The notes beneath the pieces were generated by a model. It ran no database searches and was not told the DNA's origin. It saw nothing but the letters and a program-made list of their open reading frames with translations. From Octopus vulgaris (Eukaryota), in NCBI GenBank assembly GCA_951406725.2, contig OX597820.1, positions 112,034,001 to 112,098,000 on the forward strand: a stretch of DNA of 64,000 nt, written 5' to 3'. Shown here piece after piece: positions 54,972-64,000 of the stretch. Each line of letters begins with the position of its first letter. Position 1 is the first letter of the stretch. The position numbers and the translations under genes were made by a program.

Positions 54972-56193
54972 TTTGGTTGTTCTGAAAATAATGGCTGCTC
55001 TAAGTGTTGTATTTTGAAATGCAATTTTATAATAGTATTTTAATTATATTTTAGGTGAATTTTGACATACTTAATAATTGATGTATGCACTTTGATAATT
55101 TTTTACTTATCTCAGATGGAAAACATGCTTGAAGCATAGGCACCTTTAATTATGAACATGACAAAAAAAAAGGACCTTCGCTTACTTTTCTTGCATGAGT
55201 TCAAGCTTGGGTACAATGCCTCCCAAACTACTGCCAATATCAACAGAACATAGGAAGAGGGGTTCACAAGTGATCGTATAGTATGAAGGTGGTTTCAAAA
55301 ATTCCCTAGTGGTGATGAGAGCCTTGAAGATGAAGGTAGAGGATGGTCATGTAGTCTTGACAATGAACAACTAAAAGCAATTGTTGAACAAGATCCACTT
55401 CAAAGTGTCAGAGAATCATCTCAGGCACTTGGTGTCGGTATTGCAACAGTCTCACACAATCTACAGAATATCGTTAAGGTGAAAAGGCTTGATAAATGGA
55501 TACTGCATGAGCTCAATGAAAATTTCGACATTTTGAAGTGTGCTCGATGCCCTTTCTGCAAAACACCAATGATCCTTTTCTTGACTGAATAATCACTTGT
55601 GATAAAAAGTGAATCCCTTATCATAACTGTAAACGATCAGGTCAATGGCTTGATCATGATGAGTCCCCCAAACATTTCCCAAAGCCAAAGTTGCATCAGC
55701 AAAAGATTATGGTGACTGTCTGGTGGTCTGCAATCGGAGTTGTCCGTTACAACTTTCTGGAAGCCACTTGCAAAAAATGAGACCTGCATTGTTGAACTGG
55801 TGTGGCCCAATTCTGCTCCACGATAATGCAAAGCCACATGTTGCAAGAATGATGCTGCAGAAACTCACAGACTTGGGATATGAGACTTTACCACATCCTC
55901 CATATTCTTCTGATCTTTCACTCACTGACTACCATTTTTTAAAGCATTTAAACATGTTTTTAAGTGATAAAACTTTCAGGTCCAAATCGAAGGTGGAATC
56001 AGCTTTCAAAGATTTCTTAGCATCAAAGCCAATAAGTTTTTATCAATGAGGCATAAATAATCTTGTTGATCGATGGCAGACATGCATAGATGTTCATGGC
56101 TCATACTTTGACTAATCAAAACATTTCTATTGTCAATTTTTCCAGAATAAAATTATGCTTCTGAAATTGACCATTATTTTCGGAACAACCTAG
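54972..56193 (+). mobile_element. Full-span decayed mariner element
   Basis: TIRs TTTGGTTGTTCTGAAAATAATGG / CCATTATTTTCGGAACAACCTAG flanked by TA; FLHEFKLG, LLHDNAKPH, HPPYSSDLSLTDY; many stops and frameshifts. Confidence 0.9.
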
Positions 56194-57214
56194 TATTTTA
56201 TTATGTGCGTATTATTCTCATGCTTGGTGACTAGTATTGTTGAAATTTGTGATTCCATTCAATTGTTATCGAACTGCAGGTCAGCTTTGACCAAGAAGGC
56301 ATAATCAAAGTTCCACTTATCTTATTTTTAGATAATTTATGTACAACTACATCAGGTTTTGAGAATTTGGCTTCTATTCTACTAAATCTAGCAGCCATAT
56401 ATAGACTTCTTGTTTTGCAATCAGTGAACAATATATTGTTTGTGTTGTTTATGTGAGAGAGTGTTGAGATCACAAGAGGTAAAGTGTCGAGAGTCTTTCC
56501 TGTTTTGGTAAAGTTTGGTGAGGTTTGTGTTATCATGAGAAGTTGGTGAATGGTGGTGGGTGAGACAATTTTATCTTTTATCTAAGGACCACTTCATATC
56601 CTATAGTCAAGTTATTGGTACTACTCAATATATTTTTTTATCTCTGTAGAAATTAAACATATTAGAGAAGATCCTATTTAAAATTGGGTCACATTGCACT
56701 CATGGTAATAGTTCTAAGTCTGGCACAAGGCCAACAGTTTTAGGAGAATGGTTAAGTTAATTACACCAGTCTCAGTACTTAACTGGAACTTATTTTATTG
56801 ACCCTGAAGGGATGACAGGCAAAGTTGACCTTAGCAGAATTTTAACTCAGAATGTAAAGAGCCAAAAGAAATGTTGCTATGCATTTTGTCCAGCATGTTA
56901 ATGATTCTGCCAGCTTGTTGCCTTACTCATGGTAATAACAATATAGAAAACAATTCACAGCATGCCAAACTAGAGTTGCATGAATTTCTTTCTTTTTTTT
57001 TATGGTTTGATGAGGAGGAAAACTTTGTGCCCTCTAGTACCAATGACATTTTGAATAACTGCAAAAAATACATGGCCATAAAAGGAATTCTGGAGGGAAA
57101 GGAAGGTTTGTGTATAATGGTTAAAGAGGAACCAATTCGGCAGATACAATATGGAAGATGAGAAAAGGAAAGACAAGTGAATTGGAAGTAGCACTGCTTT
57201 TCTTTTTCTTGTTG

Positions 57215-57590
57215 AAGATATATCAATCCTCACCAGCAGCTGATACTCTATAAGGCTGAAATGAAGCCACAATGGAGTATTGCACCCACATCTGGGATGA
57301 GACTGCTGCTACACACACTGATAACTTGGACTACATCCAGTGAAGGATCACTCAGTTAATTGGTATTCCATCACTAACAGACACACTTCATCCTCTGGCC
57401 CAGAGATACACTGTCTCCTCTCTCAACCTTTTCTATACTACTATAATACCCACTGTTCCTTGAACCTGGCTGGTCTCATACTCTTACCACATGAGCACCC
57501 CCAATCCATTCGTTTCTTCATATCTCCTTATTCTTGGGGCATCCAATGCCATATTCCCTGAACTAATCAATGTTCAATCCTTCTTCCCCA
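57215..57590 (+). mobile_element. Old LINE 3' RT remnant
   Basis: Frameshifted ILYKA...TMEYCTHIW motif. Confidence 0.5.
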
Positions 57591-57594
57591 GAAC

Positions 57595-58040
57595 ATCATC
57601 ATCATCATCGTCGTCGTTTAACATCTGTTTTCCATGCAAGCATGGGTTGGACGGTTCGACCGGGGTCTGGGAAGCCAGGAGGCTGCACCAGGCTCCAGTC
57701 TGATCTGGCAGTGGATATCCTTCCTAACGCCAACCACTCCGTGAGTGTAGTGGGTGCTTTTTATATGCCACCAACACAGGTGCCAGGGGAGGTTGGTAAC
57801 GGCCATGATCGGTTGGTGCTTTTTACGTGCCACCGGCACAGAAGCCAGTCAAGGTGGCGCTGGCATCGGCCACATACGGATGGTGCTTTTTACATGCCAT
57901 TGGCACAGGTGCCGGGATAGGCTGCCAACGGCCACGATCAGTTGGTGCTTTTTACATGCCACCGGCACGGAAGCCAGTCAAGGCAGCGCTGGCATCAGCC
58001 ATGTACGGAGGGTGCTTTTTTAGGTGCCAGGGTAGGCTGG
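57595..58040 (-). repeat. Interspersed repeat with internal ~62-67-bp tandem units
   Basis: GGTGCTTTTTACRTGCCAYYRGCAC recurs near 57752, 57815, 57882, 57944 and 58012; the (CAT)n-tailed left part is shared with 14510, 30549 and 43997. Confidence 0.75.
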
Positions 58041-60979
58041 CAAGAGACATTAATGGTTCCTTTTAGTTTCGGTCTACCATATCCACTCACAAAGTTTTGG
58101 TTGACTTGGAGCTGTAGTATAAAATACTTGCCCAAAGTAGGACTGAACCTGGAACCATGTGATTGATTGAGAAGCAAAGCCTCAACCAACTGACATTAGT
58201 TATTGGTTTAATCATTAATAAGTGCCTTTCGCCAAACCAATAAATTATTTGTAATACCAGTTGAAATTTATTTTTATATTCCAATTTATAGTTCTATATA
58301 GTTCAAACACACACACACATTAATTTCCCTGCCCTTGAGCAAATTTATACATCTGTTTACACATGTGGGTAGATGAGATTAACAGATAGTATTCATAATT
58401 AGAATCAACAATGTTCAATCCTGTACATAAGTATATATATATATACAGATACAAATCAGGATGTTACATAGAACTACAGGTGCAGTGGTAGACTTTATTG
58501 CATGTATGAATATACCCACTTTTCAGGGTGTCTGAAATTATACCTTAATAGCAAGTATATATTCAATTTTGTTTATTTACTTATTCATATTTTGAAGTCT
58601 TCTTAACCATGATGTTATCAATGTTTTGGTTAACAAGTAGTTTATCACAATGTTAGGACTCATGTTTATCATGAGCCCTAGAACTCGTAAGGCAGAGTTT
58701 ATGTATAGAGAACTGAGATCAAAAATGTCACTGACTGAATGAGATGCACGATTAACTTCACAGCTACTGCTAGAACTCATTTACAGCCGAGAGAACTGGA
58801 GCAACATGAAATGAGGTGTTTTGCTCAAGAACACAATGGATCAATTGATCCAGGAATCAAAACCACAATCTTATGAGCATGTGTTCAGCACCATAACTAC
58901 TACACCATATGCCATCACATCTTAATATCATATCACATTTAAAAGCACTTTTAAAGATCATGTTTAAATAGGATTCAAGGGCTAGAAAGTATACAGCTGC
59001 ATCTTACTACCCACTCCATTTCCAGTGCCCATGTAAGTTTTCTTATTTTAATCAAAGTGGGTTGTACTGCCCAGCTTCTTGAGTAAATTATATGAATGCT
59101 AGGAAAGAATGGCTGCCATAACAGGTTAAAGTTGGCCATTCTATTTGCTTGCAGGCTGGAGGTTTTTGAAGAAACCCTGATTATTCATCATCATCATCAT
59201 CATTTAATGTACTGTGAGCTTATCTACTGTTGGCAACTATTTATTGGCTTAATTTTTACACACCATAAGAACAATGGCCAAACTGTCCAGAGTTCAAATC
59301 TCAGTGAGATAGACTTTACTTTTCATTTTGAAGAAGTCAATAAAATAAGTATAGGTCAAACACTGGAGTCAATGTAATTCATTGATTATTAACTGCTTTG
59401 ACACCATCCTGCCTGAGGTCACCCCATCTTCCACAATACAAACTTCTTGTTTAAAGTCATCTACATTAAAACCTTCCATCAAAATTTCATTTCTATTCCA
59501 AATGCCAGTTATAAAATTTTTCCTTATTTTCAAAACTAATTGAAAAATTAATACAGAAACCATCATCATCGTTGTTTAACGTCCATTTTTTCCATGCTTG
59601 CATGGGTCAGACGGAATTTGTTGAGGTAGAATTTCTGTGGTTGGAAGCAAGTTAATACTTCCCCAGGACCAGACCTGTTTTTTCTCAGAAAATTGGAAAT
59701 GAACAATATGACTTGCTAGTTAACAGCCACTACGTTATGTCAAGATAAAACACACATACGCGGGCCTTTTTACAGCTTCTGAAAAAAAAAAAAAAAAAAA
59801 ACATGCTGTACGTGTGTGTATCAAATCCATTCACAAAGTTTTGGTCGGCCCAGAACTATAGTAGAAGACATTTGCCCAAGGTACTGCCCAGATGGACTAA
59901 ACCCGAGACTACATCGTTGGGAAACAAAGTAGTCAGCTTCTAAACACACAACCAGGCCTGCGCCTGTATGCTAACCTTCTAAAATACTAATATTTAAATT
60001 AACTCGCCACAAACTAGTCCGTTGATTTCCATGTGACAGTTAATACAGACAACAGTAGATTAACAAAACTGTGTCAACGACCTGGATTCGACACCACTTT
60101 GGAAATGCTTCACTAACTCCTCTGTTAATTCCCATATTTTATAATCTTGTCCTCGTTATTGGTGTTCTAAAGAATTTTAAAAAATATTTAAAAATAACAA
60201 AAGCACGGCTTTGAATCTGTTCACTTTTTGAACTTTAACCAGATGCCTCTTCCCCACCTCCCTAACCACAGTATTAACATCACAATCACCACAAGCAACA
60301 TCAATGAAATTTCTCAAATACAGCTGGTTGTAAACCTGTTACCATTCTCATTGAATTTCGTCAAGGATCAAGAGTTAAGCGCGGGTGCCTGTGGGTGCGA
60401 GCGAATGAGAAGCGTTCGAAGTGTCAAGCAATGGAAACGTCGTTTGTTTTGATTGCTAAAAGTGCATAAAACCTGACCCCTCCGCTCTCAATCTCTCCGC
60501 TTTAATTTCGTTTCTCTTCCTCCCATCATTCCTTCGTGCTTAGCTTTATATTTCACTACATTTATAAACAGGCCGGCAAGGGCGTCTTTGCTGCTAGAAA
60601 TAACAACCAAATCTACTTCAAAACCCCACCGGCCACCCACCTTACCACCCAACAAATAAGACATCGGATAATGGTAATTCGGAATACTAATGTATTGGGA
60701 GAGTGGAAATACTAACCGGTGTCTTTCAAGTTTAGCATGCAACTTCTAGTAAATCCTACGGGCCTTGAGTGAAGGCTCAGAATGAAATTAATAACATCAG
60801 TGGGCCAGAAACTAATGTTTGCTCAATGTCATTACAAAATGAGAGAGGGATGCATGTGAATGTCTAATGACAGAGTTAATATATTTCGTTTGGCCATCTT
60901 TCGGTACAAGAAGACGATGTCATTCACTCTCTTTTTCAGTCTGGCCCCTTTATGTCATGCGGGAACGTTGTGTTGGTGA

Positions 60980-61032
60980 ATGACGTCATCTTCTAATACC
61001 GAAAGATTGCCTTTCGTGTGAACGTATATAAA
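60980..61032 (+). promoter_or_regulatory. Candidate promoter elements: CRE palindrome and TATA box
   Basis: ATGACGTCAT at 60980-60989 and TATATAAA at 61025-61032 in a non-repetitive region that retains CpGs. Confidence 0.3.
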
Positions 61033-62040
61033 CCCCTAGTAACAATAAAAAAAATATTATAATATATATGCGAGTTACATTTCAATTTGTCACCAGGTTA
61101 AACACAACCACTAACAACAACAATAGGCACTCCACTTTTGTGGAGTGCATTGGTCTTTGGTAAGGTCCGAGAGCGGTTGTGGACAATTAACTTCCTAGAT
61201 TAGTGATTTAAAAATGTATTTTTAAAGTGGTGTGGGTGTGTGTGTGCGTGAATTATTCCTTTAACCCATTCTAGGATCTCTGGTAAGTTAGCAGCCATTT
61301 CCATCCCTGTTCTCTGTCACGCCAAAAAAGGTCGCGGTATTGAGATATATGCGCAATAAAATTATACGAGGACAAAAAGTAAAAATTTATGTATCTACAG
61401 TGTTTGCGAGTGTATAGTGATGTATGTTTACATGTGTATGTGGTTGGGACGTGCAGTCTGCGTAGAAAATACAATGAGTAACTGGTTCCCAATTCATTAT
61501 AAAAATGCTAATTTTAATGCAGGAAGTTCAATCGAATTAATGGGTTATTATCTTGTTATTATTATCTTGTTATTATTATACACACAAACTCACGCACGCA
61601 CGCACACATACATACACACATACATGCATGCATTTTCATAGATACTCTGGGATGCATTGTTAGCAATTTACTACACACCCACAGACAGCGAAGAGCTATA
61701 GTGAAAATGCAGAAATGAAACTGCCTTCAGATGTGTCACTGCAAAGTGAAAGTGTGATGTGATGTAGGGCGGGCGGTGGTTCGTTGTAACCAATTTTAAG
61801 AGAAATATTTTATTACTTGTGAGTCTATAATATAGTTTGTCTGTCTGTCACATACACATACATATATATACACACACATGTATATATATATATATACACA
61901 CAAACGCACATACACATATATATACACACGCACATGTACATATACATGCAAACACATATGTACACATACTCATACATGCAAATATATAGATACTCATACA
62001 CCTCCCTCTCTCTCTCTTTCTCTCCTGCTTTTGATTTTTC

Positions 62041-62093
<53 letters not shown>

Positions 62094-62096
<3 letters not shown>

Positions 62097-62695
62097 GAAA
62101 AATCAAAACCAGGCAGAATGAGTATCTTAAGTCATTTAGAATAATTTAATTAGGGTAACGTGAATTTGAAGTCTTACAGCTTTTTCTGGGATGACCCAAG
62201 TTGTTGGTTAGCACTCATCAGAGAGAGACAAGGTATGAATATTTTAGATGGTGAAAATTTACAGTTTACAAGGAATAAATATTCACAGTTTATAAGGATT
62301 ACAATAGAAGAATATGAAGTAGTAAAATAGAAGAATAAAGAGTAAAAGTAGTTCAAGGGATATAGGCAGGAGAATTGTATCAACCAACATCCATATCCGC
62401 TGGAAAAAGAGGAGTTGTGAACATTAATCTCCTACCTATATTCTTCGAACTACTTTTACTCTTTGTTCTTCTATTTTACTACTTTATTCTATTGTAATCG
62501 TTATAAACTGTGAATTTTCCCCATCTAAAATATTCATACCTTGTCTCTGATGATGGAATACCCAATGCACGGACATGCTAACCAACCACTTGGGTTGTTC
62601 CAGAGACAGCTGTAAGTCTTCAAATTCACCTTACCCTAATTAAATTATTCTAAACGACAGGAGATACTTGTTCTGGCTGGATTTGATTTTTCCTC
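62094..62695. ncRNA. ~600-bp inverted repeat with a decayed hammerhead motif in each arm
   Basis: Arms ~62094-62375 and ~62425-62695; plus strand CTGATGA (62547), TGGAATACCCAA/TTGGGTTGTTCCA, GAGA, CAGCTG, TA; minus strand CTGATGA...GAAA AAGCTG TA AGAC. Confidence 0.75.
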
Positions 62696-63444
62696 TAATA
62701 TAATATATACATACTATAACAGAACCCTAACACAGATCCCTAGGTCCAGCCTTAGCTGTGATTTTGGAACCTAATGGTCGACCAGCTATAGCACTTACCC
62801 AGCATACCTATTCATTTAGATCACAAGTGAACTAAAACCCTCATTTTTTTATATATATATATTACTCATACACTTAAAAACATGTGTGTATACATTTATA
62901 TGTGTGTATGAGTGTGTGTATACACACACACACAAATACATGCATCATACATACTACATATATACAGTGGAAGTCGACGACTTCTTAAACACATTTCTCT
63001 TTCAGAAACATCTCATGTTTCGTTCCCCATCACTGATGATGTCTCATCCGGTTCCTAAGGCCTGCAAGGGACCTACAAGTCATTCCATACTGGCCACAGG
63101 TCAGCGTTCCAGCAACAGCTTGACCATCTAGATGATGGGACATACAATGCCGAGTGAATCCACTCGGTTAATCTACAGGCTGTTACATAAGGTGCACAAG
63201 AGGTCATGCTGGATATCACAGGAGTGCCTCTGTACCCATGTTTGCGGATGAGTATGCCTTCCTTTGATATATATAAATATATTAAAAATGGAGAAGGCCA
63301 GTTTATGGGATTACCCTAGGTTTCCTAAATCCTTCATTTTATATCAACTTTGGCTAATGCAGTTTTGCACCTCTCCTTGAAAAATGAAATTTTTTTTTCC
63401 AGATTCATACGTTTTAGATGTCGGAGATCCCGAATATGCAAATT

Positions 63445-64000
63445 GATGCAGTACCAGGCAGTGGCTCTCATGGCTTCTGATCTTAACTGATTGGAAGTGT
63501 TATCATGTACATTGTTTTGTCTTGGTATAAAAGATGGGCTACAGCAAATATTCTGCTCAATACCACAGATTTGCTTGTCAGTTGTTTGACCTTAACCAGT
63601 TGAGCATGTCCCTTAGTGGCTGACGATATGTGCATCTCTGATCACGAGCTGAAGTAGTGGGGGAGCATCATAGCCATGTGTTGAGAGGGTTTATTTCACC
63701 TCTGGAAACATGGGTGTTTCATTTAACATCCTTAAACAACCCTTATTCAAGAACCTTTTGAGTGGGATGGGCTACTCGACCAGAAAAAAATTCTAACTGG
63801 GCCCCACCTGCAAGGTCATGTGCTGTTTATCTTCATATGAGATCACCATATCGCGCACATGTGGTTGTGATGCATGTGCCTGGTGTACCCTTATCAGACG
63901 GGTAGTCACGATGGGTATACTGGGCTTCGTATATTTTACCCCAGTGTCACTTTGATGGCATGCACTGCTCTCTCACTCAATAATAATAATAATAATAATA
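63445..64000 (+). repeat. Probable interspersed repeat (LINE 3' UTR-like) ending in (AAT)n
   Basis: More GC-rich block ending in an (AAT)n tail at the window edge; class not established. Confidence 0.45.

Noticed and set aside
58577-58780. Minus-strand MSPNIVINYLLT as a candidate GNS first exon
   Set aside because: Lacks the metal-binding DD pair; likely chance similarity.
61127-61148. Histone 3' stem-loop
   Set aside because: Stem length and sequence do not fit the GGYYYTTTTNRRRCC-type consensus, and there is no histone ORF upstream.
63005-63055. Minus-strand GGATGA...GAAACATG hammerhead-like string
   Set aside because: Core is mismatched and no UH cleavage site follows stem III.

Overview
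AT-rich, repeat-dense animal genomic DNA; the SINE and (TACA/TA)n style suggests an octopus/coleoid cephalopod (inference). The only host gene I can support is N-acetylglucosamine-6-sulfatase (GNS) on the minus strand: five phase-0 coding exons at 14344-14403, 11399-11602, 10567-10632, 7222-7320 and 2690-2854 (198 aa, including the CCPSR formylglycine motif). Its first coding exon and its later exons are not visible in the window. The rest is transposable elements (Hero, R4/Dong, Tx1 and CR1-type LINEs, Penelope, mariner, Merlin-type MITE, Helitrons, a Gypsy remnant, SINEs) and very long microsatellites that generate spurious ORFs. The main unannotated signal is a cluster of type I hammerhead ribozyme motifs from several unrelated small non-coding elements. 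One is a canonical ribozyme in a 535-nt, 1.27-copy tandem unit whose boundary sits 3 nt from the cleavage site (retrozyme/circular-RNA-like). Three long palindromes and one short foldback carry hammerhead cores on both strands. All structural calls were made by eye.
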